DNA from: Sphaerodactylus townsendi
Taxonomy: Eukaryota
Direction of reading: 5' to 3'
Length of the DNA stretch: 64,000 bases
Assembly: GCF_021028975.2 (NCBI RefSeq)
Contig: NC_059435.1
Span: forward strand, 40,238,001-40,302,000
Position numbers and translations under genes: made by a program. Position 1 is the stretch's first letter; every line of letters begins with the position of its first letter. Under the pieces are notes generated by a model. The model saw only the letters and a program-made list of their open reading frames with translations, was not told the origin of the DNA and ran no database searches. Below, one piece after another: positions 52,076 to 64,000 of the stretch.

Positions 52076-53964
52076 ACCATTGGTATGCATGGGAGGCCAC
52101 CCTGGCCTTAGAGGACTTTTAGGCTCCTTTTAATTTTTCTGAAGTCCCCTCTTCCCCCCCCCCCCCTTTGGTTTTGTTTTGGCTTTAAGGTGACATTGCG
52201 GTTGCCGGAGGGGCTTTGTATTTTTCACACCTTGGGTCGCGAGGGCCTGTCAACTTCGCACCTAGGCATTATGGGGAGGCTCCTTTGAAGGTCCTGCGAG
52301 CGGCTCCTTTGTGTGCCTTTTAAAGCCTCACCGCCGGTGCCCGGTTTTCTCGGGGCCGAGCGGCATTCCGCTTGCTGATGAGATGTGAACCTGGCACAAC
52401 CTGGGACGAAGGAAGGGCTGGATTGGGGGCTGGGGTGGGGGGAGTGTTTGACGAGAAGAAACGGGAAAGAGGCAGAGGAGAAGGAAAGGGGGACAGAACC
52501 GAGGTCGGCCAAACGCAAAACTTCACACCTGCAACGTGTACACACTACACACACTGTCCCTTATATCTCTGTGGGTATAGTTAATGACGCCTCCTGTGTA
52601 AAGAAAGGAGCCCGCTTGTCAAGTTGTTTACAGGTCTTTGGCGACCCGAGCCATAGTCTCTCCTAGCCAGAATGGTTTGAAGGACCGTCCGTTTCAAATG
52701 GAACTTTCTTCTCCTGTGGTGTGTTTGGGGTCTACTCACGGACAAGCCCTTTTAATTTCGTGACTATATTTACGTTACGATTCAAGAGATGAGGGTTCCG
52801 CCGGAGGTGCCGTCGCGCTGGAGCCTCGAGGCAGGCAGATCGGTTTAGTGGGGCCTGCCTGGGTAAACGCCTCCGCATTTGTTTCCAGGAATGGCCTTCA
52901 AAGCAGATGCCTCTCTTTGACCTGCGAGCTGGACACTGTACGTATGTGCGGATCATGTGTGTGCCGTGCATGGATGTGCATGCGCGGGTGGACGGAGCCG
53001 ATGCGCCCTTACATGGGCATCTGGCGGGGTGGCCGATCGCGCGCCAGTTCCTCGCCCCGAAATGTCATTATTGGTTCCTTGGAGAGGGTGGTCCTGATTG
53101 GCCCGGCTGCCAGAGAGTTCCTGGGGGGGGGGGTGAGCGGGGGGGAGAATCCAAGTCATGACCCCCCCCCCATTTTACCCCTCGCCTCTACCCAGAAGCC
53201 CCCATCTTCCCCATGCTGGAGCCAAAATGATGGGCAGAGTAATAAAACCAGAACCGCGGTTGGAGGCAGAGTGACCCTTCGGTGAGGACCCTTTGTCTTC
53301 ATTAGCATACTTTGCTTGGCCTTCCCAGCGCTCCACTCGTCCCCGGCCTCTTTCTTCTCACTCCCTCCATTCCCTCTCCCCCCCCCACCCCCACTCCGGC
53401 GACTGGACTGCCTCCCCCGGACTTCCCGAGGCAGCTGCCCTTCCCCGACAGACGCCTCCTTGGGCGGGCAAGAGTCTATGAGAAACATTCCCTGCCTTTT
53501 CCTGCATTGGGGGGACTTTGCTCCTTTGGGGGGGAGGGTTGGTCTGTTTTTGCTCGCGGCTGGCCTGAGGGGTGGGGAAGTGGAGGTAGGGCTTTGAGCG
53601 AGGTAAGGCAGAAGGGGGCCCTGTCGGTCCAAGACTAACTGGAGAAAGGTCCCTTCGCCTGTCCTCCTCCTCCTCCTCCTCCGGATTAAAGCAGGATTCC
53701 TCCTGTCTTGGCTGCTAATGGGGATGCGTTGAGCTGGTCCCCATCCCGGAGGAGCTGCGGGGCTTTGGCCGGGGGCGGGGGGGGGGGCAGGCTTCTGCCC
53801 CCCTGGGCCACGAGCAAGCGACTGTCGCCGAGCCTCCCAAGAGCAATGCTGGCTTCCCCCTCAGTCGTCAGAAGTTAAGGTAAGCAGGCCACAAAATGCG
53901 CTGCTATCAGTGGTGAACGGTGGAGTTTATGTCCTGGTGATTTATGACCAGAGACTTAAATCTC

Positions 53965-53981
53965 GGTTCAAGAGGAGTTCA
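53965..53981 (+). promoter_or_regulatory. DR5 retinoic acid response element upstream of HOXA3 coding exons
   Basis: GGTTCA-agagg-AGTTCA, with an adjacent Pbx-Hox site TGATTTATGA at 53938-53947. Confidence 0.85.
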
Positions 53982-56900
53982 CGGGCTGGAGCTTCCTTCC
54001 AGGCAGTGACGGATAGACCCCTTGCACGTCGAGTTCAGGCCAGTGGCCCCTCGCCCCTCGACTCTCCTTTCTCTAGCAGGAAATCTTGCGGTGAGAGGCT
54101 AGTGCTGGCGAGGGGGGGAGGCGACGGGGGGTGGGGGCGACGGGGAAAGGGTGTCCGTGTGGGTCGCCGCTGGAGAGGGGGCTGGTGCCGGGGTGGGGGC
54201 CGACGGAGGCCAAGGAGGGAAGCGCTCTTGAAGTCCGGTCCACAAGCCAAGCGAGGCAAACTTTGAGGCCCGATCACGCGTGCCCCCTGCTCAGGAACGA
54301 AACCGGAACAAGACCAAACATTCAAACTGTCCTGGGATGTGGATCGGGCGGAACAGTGGGAGAGGGGGCTGGTTTGTTTGGGAGGCCGAGGGAATGAGCA
54401 TTTTGCCACAGCCCTTGCAATGCACTTATTTCCAAAAAGCAAATTAGAATCTTCCTTTGAAATGGGTCACCCTAGGCCTCCCCCGCCCCAATGAAGCTAT
54501 TCTATGATCCCTAGCTAGGAAGTAGGTCCTTTTAAGCTCCAAACTTCAGAGTAGAATTGCATATGATCGGATCTGACCACAGCGTTGCAGGGTTGTACAC
54601 CAGACGGAATCTCGCCCTTTGATAAAAGAGGTCCAAGAGAGGCTGTCTGCAAGCCAAACTTATTTGGGGCCTCTTTTGCCGATATCTGCCCCCACCCCCC
54701 ACCCATCCCCTTAACGTGGTCGACTAGCTGTGCTATATTTTAAGAGGCGAGTTATCTGGAGAAAGCATTTACCTTGGGAGGCGCAATTTAATGTAGGTTC
54801 TAATCCACGCTGGGAGTTTTGCCACCGATTTCAGTTGAAGCTGGTTTGCAGGTCTCGTTCGGTACTTTACTTTATGAGGGTCCTGTTGGCTGTTAAGAAT
54901 AGGAATAAGTCCATCTCAGTTCTTGAAACTCTTGAGCGATACCTTCCCCAGAGTTATGACTGGCACAGTATAGACTTAGGAGACTTAGGGAAAGCATGCC
55001 AGTGTAGTAAACGACCTGAGAGGGGAGGGGGGAGGGGTGGCTCTAGAAGTCGTAGCAGTTTTAATACTTTGTAGTCGTGTTTGAGGAAAGTCCAGACTCT
55101 CACACACACAATAGAACTTGTCCCAAACCCGGAAATACTAAGGAACAAATAACAACATTAGGATCTACCACCTAGTTAAAAGTTAGCTACTTCTGTTTAG
55201 ATGAATTCACCTTCAAACTGGACGGAATCAAACTCAGTCATGTAGCACCCGAGATTTGGGGTTGTCCTTAACTGATTAGTTTTCAGGTCTTGACTAGTCG
55301 GGTTGCCTAATAACCACTGAAATACTTGGTTACCTTTAAAAAACAAAACAAAAACAAAATGGCAACAGTCATCAGATGTGAAAGCATTAGTAAATCAATT
55401 TGGCGCTATAACAACCTGCCTTGATTTCGGAGAAACGGGTCTGAACTGAAGCCCAAATACTTGTTAATTGATTTGAAACAGAGGGAAATATGATCTTGTG
55501 TGATTTCCCCTCGAACAATGAACTTTGGCTGAGGAGTGTTTTGATCTGAATAATGAAGCGACAGCGTGTGTGGGAAGACTAGGATACACATAGGAAGGCG
55601 TGAAAAGATGGTTTTAATTTCTGGTGCTGGTGGGCCTATAAAAGTTCTTGGATGCTTGATAAGATTTCTGTGAATGGGAGCCAATCTCTAGCTCTGTGTG
55701 CTCGGGCAGGTAAACATTGTTGAGTGTGCAGAAAAGATTTGCCTGGTCCGTAGGAGCATTCTGCGGTTTTGTGTGTCCATTGGCTTCTCTGCAGCCAAAT
55801 GACCCTCATACATCAAATTACACAGCAGTTCCAAAGACAGAACCTATTATCGAGGAGTTGGTAGGAAAGTTCAACCCGTGGTCATGGAGATGGACACTAG
55901 TTTTTCAGGTTCCTGGTGTGTGTGTCTTCCCCCCAATCCATCATGTCTGAACAGGTAGAATTCAGAGGATCTTACAGGGGGGTGGGATGTGGTGGTGGGG
56001 GAGGATCTTGAAGAACATTTTAAAACTGCTTATGGATTTGGTGGACTCGAGGTAAGTTTATTGATCTTCCCTCAGAACATAGTCCACACATGGGCCTCAA
56101 GGTACAAAAAGAAAGTTCCCACAAACAATAGCTGTTTGGAGAATCTCCTCTAATGCTTGGGCTTGGCTACACGTTTTGATCCCAGAGGCCAGATATGTGT
56201 CGCTGTGTTCTGTTGCAGCATTTAAACATAATTTATGCTCGGGAAGTTGGCTGGTTATTGCATAGCAAAGTAAGGGGATATCCCTGGCCCAGCAACAGTT
56301 TCATTACATGAGTGTCATTACGAGTTACAGTTTTGCTTCCTATCAAATATTTTATGAGTTGGACACCCTGGATGCCAAGAATTTTGAGCAGCCCATGAAT
56401 TGTCAATATTACACAGGCATTTATTGTTTTTTTCCTCAGAAGGAAACTGTATTCAGAATTGTAACTAGGCTTCAATCACTTTTTTAAAGGGAAGCAAAAT
56501 TATGTCTTGCAAACTGGAGCAGGAAAGATTTACCAATAATCTATAGCAATAATGGGGTGGAGTCGAGATTCTCTTCTAGAATCCATTTAAGTTTTCTGTG
56601 ATCGCTCTTATCTGGAAGTGTTGGAGTCACATAAACTAGAATTTCCTTTCTATGAGAAGCCATAAAACAAATTTCAGGAAAGGGAAGGGGGGAAATCCTA
56701 GAAAGCTCCTCTCCTCCACAGTCCTGGCTGCCAGTAAATCCAAGCAGTTTTTCTATCGAAATGCTCCTCGCCTCAGGCCAAGTCATGCTGCTAAATATTG
56801 CTGACCACTTTTTCTGTTATGGCTTTCATGTCACTTAGCTATTGAAAGTAAGATGGATTTGTACCATTTCTTCACTCTCCTGTGCTTTCCCTACTCCCTA

Positions 56901-57018
56901 GGTCTACCAGGAGGGGCCATTGGAGGAAAAACGTCACGTGACAGAGGGGTGCCAATGTTATTCTTTAAGGGTGTCAAGACCCTGTCAGTTTGTGAAATAA
57001 ATATTGGGAAACAACGAA

Positions 57019-57496
57019 ATGCAAAAAGCGACCTACTACGACAGCTCTGCGATCTATGGAGGCTATCCCTACCAAGGAGCAAATGGTTTCGCTTACAATG
57101 CTAGTCAGCAGCAATATCCTCCGCCTCCTTCTTCATCGCTGGTGGAAACTGAATACCATCGACCTGCTTGCTCTTTACAGTCCCCCGGAGGCGGCAGCTC
57201 TATGTCCCACCATAAGGCCAATGAAATCAATGAGAGCTGTATGAGGACCATCAGCGGCCAACCCCTCCAGCCACCGGTCCTTCCAGAGCAACCCCAGCAG
57301 CCGCCCCCCAGCCAACAGGCCCCTCCGCCACCACCCCCCTCGGCCTCACCACCTGCAAATGCCAGCACCAATGCAACCCCCACTAACATCACCAAGAACT
57401 CCATCATGAACTCGCCCACCATGTCCAAACAGATATTTCCCTGGATGAAAGAGTCTCGACAAAACACCAAGCAGAAAAACAGCGGTTCCAGTTCAG
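57019..57496 (+). CDS. HOXA3: Homeobox protein Hox-A3, coding exon 1 (join 57019..57496,59568..60331; 413 aa)
   Basis: [18 protein letters not shown] start and [13 protein letters not shown] hexapeptide. Donor TCAG|GTATGG at 57496/57497. The exon probably starts at the acceptor ctccctAG|G (56901/56902). Confidence 0.96.
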
Positions 57497-59567
57497 GTAT
57501 GGAAGGGGAGGGGAGGAAGGTTCCTGTCTAAGGAAGGAAATACTTATGCAGTCAGGCAGCTCCACCACCCAGTTCTGGGGATTCTGCACTCCCAGGTGTT
57601 TTATTGTGGCAAAACAGGTTTGGAACATTCCCCCAAATATGTATGTTGGAAACTGAGCCTTAAAGCCTCCTGAGGTGGCAAGAATTCTCTTGTTTCAAAT
57701 ATACTTTAGCCAAAATAAAACAAATCCACTACAGGCCCTTTCACAAGAAGACTCGTAGAAGAGAAACTTCAGGAAGTTTACCAAGCTTTTACTCAGCAGA
57801 CTATGAGATGGCCCTCCCCTCTGAGCCTCCAACATTCCATAGCCAAGCCTGCCCCCTCCCCTTTTTGCTGATTTAAACTATGTTGAGATACAAAGGTCTA
57901 GGCCCATCTTCAACCTGTGTCAGGACCTGTGTGCTCTCCCCTCCCCCCTTTTGGCACACTACACTTACAGTCACAACACAGTGACCTATCTTAGCTGAAG
58001 TGTAACAAGAGTAATATAGCTCATTATTGTCTGCAGTCAGGATCAATGCTTGGTTTGATATTCATAACCTCTTGATTTTAGCTTACAGACAGGGCTGCTG
58101 CTTTAGAAGAGTGGTAAACAAAGCTTAGGGTCCTTTAGCACTTTGCAGGCAGGTCCATAAATACATTATGGGTGGATTATGGTGTTTATCAACAGTGCTA
58201 TTACATAAGTAAACCCAAATCGATGAGAAAAGTATTAGCCTCAGCCTCCCCAGGCATTTGGTTTCTATTTACCACTTACTTCCTCAATTTATCTTCTGCT
58301 GAGAAAATAGATTCTAATTTTTTTGCAAATGTTTTCTTCGATGCATTTCTAATGCTGTTACAGTGGAAAAATCCACAATGATATGCTTTATTGTTTAGTA
58401 TACACAGTGCTCTAAACTCTGTATTCCTCTCCCTTCATATTTCATAATTTTGAGCATTGCCTTCAATCATAACCCATTTCTGTCTAAAAACTAATGGTGA
58501 CAGCCCAATCCTAAAATAAACCCTATCCAATTTTGTGGGACTTATTAATTAGTACATATGCTTGGAAGGGTGAGTGGTGCACTATAATCAGAGAAAGCTG
58601 TCCCACTGAACTCTGATATTAAACTGGCAGGCACAACCATGGATTCAAGTGGAATTTTCTTCCAAAGGAGCTTTGGATATCCAGTTCCACCTTAGTGAAT
58701 GGAATGAATTTTTAAAGAAATGTTTACCTTTCTCTGAATGATGCACAAACACAAAGCCAAAAACAGTTGGGGTGGGGGAGGGAATCTAAACAGTGCCCCC
58801 ACTCATAAGCCAAAATATCTGAATGACATCCTGACATTTGCCTCTAGAGATGGTTCATGGTAGACCACTTCATGTGTGACCATTTCATTAAATTTACCAG
58901 AATGGCCCACAGTTCTTGCTAATCCACCTGTTCTCCTTTACTGGTTTTGTGGAACTGGCATCTGGAAACAGTAAAGGGAAGAAATGTTTGAGGGATGGAT
59001 GTTGCAATGGGGTCTCATTCTCATGATTTTGATGGTCACTGTATCTCACTGTGAGAAATGTTTGAAGTCTTCTGGGTTCTGAATAGTTCAGGTACCGTAT
59101 CTGGAACCCACAGAGGTCAATAAGATCTTTGCATGTGATAGAGGTCAAATATCCTTCTCCCTAAAATCTCCTAAGCAATAAAATAATTCAGCCTGCAGAT
59201 TTCAAAAGACTTTCATTCAGTTACTTGGAAGAAATCCAGTGATATAGTGAACATATCTTGATTTGGTGGTTTGTAGACTGATATATATATACTGATATAT
59301 ATATATATATATGGGGCTGCATTTTCTACCAGTTTTACCCTGGGTCCAACTAGAATCTGCATACATTTTAATCTGTATACATTTTTTAACCTGTATTGCC
59401 TGAGCATTCAGTAATCATAAGCAGGAAATATGACCCTCAAAGCCAGAAATCTGACCCAGTAGATCTTGCAATATCTTGGTGCTCTTATGAGTGAGGTGCT
59501 TGATTTTTTTTGTTTGTGTGTCCAGGTCCCACCATATTCACCTTGTTCTTTGTTGTGATTTGCATAG

Positions 59568-60331
59568 GTGAGAGTTGTGCTGGCGATAAAAGCCCCCCTG
59601 GGCCAGCTTCCTCTAAGAGAGCCCGCACTGCTTATACAAGTGCCCAGCTGGTAGAACTGGAAAAGGAATTTCACTTCAATAGATACCTTTGCAGGCCAAG
59701 AAGGGTAGAGATGGCTAACTTGCTCAATCTCACGGAAAGACAGATAAAAATATGGTTTCAGAACCGCAGGATGAAGTACAAAAAGGATCAGAAAGGGAAA
59801 GGTATGATGACCTCTTCGGGAGGACAATCCCCCAGCAGGAGTCCCGTCCCACCGGCAACTGGAGGATATCTGAACTCTATGCATTCCCTAGTAAACAGTG
59901 TTCCCTACGAGCCCCAGTCACCTCCGTCCTTCGGCAAGCCTCATCAGAATGCCTATGGCATCCCGACGTCATATCCTGCTACTCTTAATAGCTGCCCGCC
60001 TGCTCAAAAGAGATACACCGGAACTGCAGCAGTGACTCCTGAATATGACCCTCATCCTCTTCAAGGCAATGGCTATGGCAATCCGCATATACAGGGAAGC
60101 CCCGTCTATGTTGGGGGCAATTATGTGGATACCATGGCCAATTCTGGGCCTTCCATCTTTGGTCTGACTCACCTCCCTCATCCTTCTTCCACCAGTATGG
60201 ACTACAGCGGGCCGATGGGCAACAATCATCACCATGGACCTTGTGATCCACACCCGACCTATACGGAACTTACTTCTCACCATCCTTCTCAGGGAAGAAT
60301 TCAGGAAGCTCCCAAACTTACCCATCTGTAA
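59568..60331 (+). CDS. HOXA3: Homeobox protein Hox-A3, coding exon 2 (homeodomain and long C-terminus)
   Basis: Acceptor tttgcatAG|[78 protein letters not shown]...[13 protein letters not shown]. Confidence 0.97.
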
Positions 60332-60618
60332 TATACCATTATCAGTTACTATGTGAACCCTTTAAAAAAAAAACACCGTCTCCCCTCTTTTTTTAAAAGG
60401 AAAGGAAATACTTTAGGCCCCGCCCCCTCTATTTTACTTTGTTTTTGTTTTCTTTTGGTAAAAAAGCGTTTTCTAGTTTATGTGACGTAGCAATATTTGT
60501 TGCTTGAATCGCTCTCTAGTTTCCATAGTGAATATTTATCTCCTTGAACTCTTTGCCTGGTGTCCTCGCTTTGAGAGTACCTGAGGCTTTGTACTTTCAC
60601 GTCAACTCTTTTATCAAA

Positions 60619-60626
60619 ACAGGGTA
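60619..60626 (+). promoter_or_regulatory. miR-10 8mer seed site in HOXA3 3'UTR
   Basis: ACAGGGTA, complementary to the miR-10 seed ACCCUGU plus A1. Confidence 0.7.
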
Positions 60627-61195
60627 TATGAACAATTTTTTTCTATCCAGATGGTTCTTAAATGTGAATTTGTTCGTACAGAATTGATCCCAGCCGGGGA
60701 AGCATTTTTATTTTAATTGCACTTCTTTTAACTAGCGAGAGAGAAATCAAAGGCGCTTGAACGGGGTCTCCCTGGGTGGAATTATTCATACGTGTACGTC
60801 TTTCAACGTGTGTATGCTGGTGAACATTCAGATTTATTTATATTTTTTGCAAACTTTTAATAATCTAAGTGTTTAAATTTTTTATTTATCCCCATCTGTT
60901 CATATTTATATATATAAAGATATTAAAAAACTTGTACCCTGAATATTCAGGAGATATTTACCTGATTGTATGTTAGATAGCATACGTAGGGTATCGTTTG
61001 AAAAGGAAGCTAGAACTCCTTTATTTAAAAATAAAATGCAATAAAATCTGGAAAGCAAACGACAGGCTGCCACAGGAACAAAAAAAATGGATGTCTGTAA
61101 CATCAAACTAAACGGGAAATGTGTAAACAGGAACAAGAAAAAAGCTAGATTTGTTTTGAAAGTTATACATTCCTTGCTGCTCACATTCTGAAAAA

Positions 61196-61201
61196 AATAA
61201 A
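61196..61201 (+). terminator. HOXA3 polyadenylation signal (distal; proximal AATAAA at 61030 and 61040)
   Basis: AATAAA hexamers about 0.7-0.9 kb after the stop. Confidence 0.6.
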
Positions 61202-63316
61202 GTTTTTATTCTGAATAATACAGAGTTAAAATACGATCCTTTGCCTTTAAAAGAGAAGGTTGAGTAACGGAGGAGAGAAGGCATCTGTGCCCGTCCTGTC
61301 AATTCGGTTTCTGAATACATAAATCGTCCATAATATTACCCGTGCTTCCAACTCTTCCTCGTTTCTTTGGCTGGGCTTCCGAGCATTCATTTGTCTGCTG
61401 CAAATAACAACGGGCAGCTCGGGGCGATGGAAATATGCAAGAAGCCTCCGCCCTTTACGACTAGAGTTGAGGATTTGCAGATTTCTTCTTTTTGCAAAAC
61501 CTGACCCCGCCAGAGGCCCATGAGTGTTTCCTTCTTCTAGTCCTGGTTGTTGCAGCGTTTGGTCAGAGACGGCTCAGCCGGTAAAGGGAGCTCAGGTGCT
61601 GCCGCTTTGCATCGGTGGGGGGTGGGGGGTGGTCTCCTCTGGAGGCCTGGAGTTGAGCCGGGTCGCGCTTGCAGGCTGTTCTTTGCCTTCGCCATGTTGG
61701 GCTCCTTCTGCTGGAGAAGGCCAGCCGTTCCCGGGAAGCGATTCCTTCTGGTCTCTGAGCTGAGCGAGGACCTTGGAAAAAGGCCTCCAAGCGACACCCA
61801 CACTTTTCCTCTCGGGGTCAAAGCAGACAAGTCAGTAGCTGTTCACAATGGCAGAAAATGGTCGCTTCTCCCCACCCCCACCCTAAAAAGACGAAATTAG
61901 AGAAAAGGCAGCAGAAGGAAAAATAACACCCAGACCAGGGTAGACTCATATTTGGTATGGCAAGGATTCAAGACGCCTTTGCTTACAAGCAAAATACAAT
62001 CTGTCATCTCCATATTGAAGGAAGAGGTTCAGCAATAATAAATCAGGCCTGTTTGCAAGGAGGGCCGGACCGTCCCCGGGGGTTAAATAGAGACGGTGGT
62101 TGTTCCTTGTCCTCTTCTCCATAGACTGAGTTACTTCCATCTACTGTTTCAGAAACAGAGACGATATTTTTTAAAAAAGAAAAGAAATAATTGTGCACAT
62201 TTTGCTAATATAATTCATCGCCCCTTTCCCCACCCACCCTTCTTTCTAGATGGGGTGGGGGAGGGGAGAACAGAGAACAGAGAGAAAGATTTAAACCCCC
62301 CCCCCTTTAAAAAAAGAAAATAGCTACTTTGTAAATAGCTTTTGCTGTATGGCTAGAAAATTGTTCCCAGAAAGACCCTCAGGCTCCAGATCTTCCAACG
62401 AAGATGATTTTTAATGTATCGAAAATAAGATTGGTTTGTTTGTTTTCCAGAAGCAGCTAAGAGACCTGTCGTTTTAAGATTGGAGGCTTATTTATTAATC
62501 TCGATCGATTTTGGAATTCTGGGCCGCTAAGATGTTCTATACTATTTTCAGAGATGCTTTTTTTAAATTTTTGTCTTTAGAAAAATGTCGCTATATTGGT
62601 TTCCGGTTTTTGAAACATGTCCCCCTTTTTTTAATCAACTCAAGAATTGTCTTTGTTTCAGTTTCCGTTAACATTTCCCCCACCTATAACCGGAACTGAG
62701 CTGTAATGTGCACATATACATTATTCGGCATTATTTGGCATTCTATACATACCTCCTTGCTTTCCTCAGGCAAGTTCCATTTATATTTACTGCTGCGTGC
62801 CGTGAAGCCGAGCCGGGCTGGCCCAAACCTTTTCAGACGTATTCATATATATAAATATATTTTAAAAGGCTTATGATGGAAAAATCATCTAAAGCTCCAG
62901 GATGTCGTTTTGAGAAAGATGAAGCGAAAATGGATTTTGGTGGATATTTCCCTAGTCAAAACGAATGCGAAAGAGCCTCATAACAAGCATCAGTGGCGAA
63001 TAACCGGCTGGTTTGGGCACCGAAAACCCACTTTCAAAAGAGGACCTACAATGAACAGACCTCGGCATCCCTAAATCTGTCCCATGCCTTTTCCTTCCCT
63101 GCAGCAAATATTTCACCCACCTATATATATAGACAATATATACATATTGACTGCAAAGGATTTCTCCACGCAGCCCTGCAGGCAGGTATACTCTTGTTTA
63201 TGTCTCAGAATGGATCTTTTGCATGATTTGTTTTGTTGACCATCCCAACAGAAAAATTCTTTGTTCCAGGTGGTTTTTCTATTAGGCAGCCCACCACAAA
63301 AATGCTCGGAATAACC

Positions 63317-63780
63317 CTCCCACACGGATTTGACTCACAAAGGCTTTCTGAACTGAATCTGAGGAGCGCCCCCCCCCCCTCCACTCGCCTTTCCTCCTTC
63401 TGGGTTACCTCCCCCGCCCCTAGTCCATCTGACTTCCAACCCTCATATCCTAGGCCGACATAAAGGAAGTGGGTGGGTGGGGGGGGGGGGATCTAGCCTT
63501 GTCCCTGTTTCAGGGCAATCCAGAAGAGCTGAGGTCCCCATCCTGAATGCTAAAATCCATTTTGGGAAGGAGGAAAAATAAGAAACCTTCTTGTTTACTT
63601 GCGTTTCTCTCTCTCTCTCTCTCTCTCTCTTTCCCCCCTTCTTTTCTCAGCCAACGTTTGATGCAGGAAAGAGCAAGAGGCTTGAAATGTGTTCTTAAGG
63701 GCCAGAAGCTGTCAAGGCGTTTGGCCGGGAAGATTGATCGCGCGCAGGCTTCAGCCGAGCTTTGTTTGGAGTAAAAGCAA
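63317..63780. promoter_or_regulatory. Candidate Hoxa2 r3/r5 and neural-crest enhancer in the HOXA3-HOXA2 interval
   Basis: Krox20-like CTCCCACAC (63317-63325) next to BoxA-like CTCACAAAGGC (63334-63344). Meis/Prep CTGTCA (63709-63714) and Pbx-Hox AGATTGATCG (63731-63740). Confidence 0.65.
63606..63631 (+). repeat. (CT)n microsatellite
   Basis: Perfect dinucleotide run inside the candidate Hoxa2 enhancer. Confidence 0.9.
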
Positions 63781-64000
63781 GAAAATTAAACCCCCCTACT
63801 CCTCCAACAGCATGTATATTTGTAAGGCATCTTTCCTCCCACACCCCTCCCCAGCTCTTAAAGAAGTATTAAATAACTGCCACCCATCTACATTTTAGGT
63901 TACAACTATTGCAAGATCCCAGCCCCTCCCCCACCTCTGATCCGTATTGGGGGGTGTTATTTGCTTAAAACTACCGTGATGGGTGCCCCCCCTTTTTTTG

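Overview
This is eukaryotic, not microbial, DNA: the central part of a vertebrate HoxA cluster with all genes on the + strand. The order is HOXA9, HOXA7, HOXA6, HOXA5, HOXA4, HOXA3 (no HOXA8, as expected), ending in the HOXA3-HOXA2 intergenic enhancer region. All six genes have two coding exons joined by phase-1 GT-AG introns into intact ORFs (261, 223, 241, 301, 339 and 413 aa). The ORF track misses HOXA6 exon 2. Non-mammalian protein variants, many poly-G/C tracts and a small MITE suggest a squamate reptile, possibly a gecko (inference). Recognisable regulatory sequence includes three DR5 retinoic-acid response elements, CTCF-like sites at the A9|A7 and A6|A5 positions, candidate Hoxa3 r5/r6 and Hoxa2 hindbrain/neural-crest enhancer motifs, and miR-196/miR-10/let-7 seed sites. 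Four N gaps are present, one covering the HOXA5 promoter. I found no convincing new biological system. The best leads are: a recurring CCAAT/E-box promoter module; a six-site miR-196 array in the HOXA7 3'UTR directly behind a proximal poly(A) signal; the conserved 173-nt HOXA9T cryptic intron; a 141-bp MITE between HOXA4 and its 3' RARE; an in-frame alternative acceptor in HOXA3; and homopolymeric amino-acid tracts in HOXA4/5/6. Comparisons with other species are from memory and were not checked against a database.
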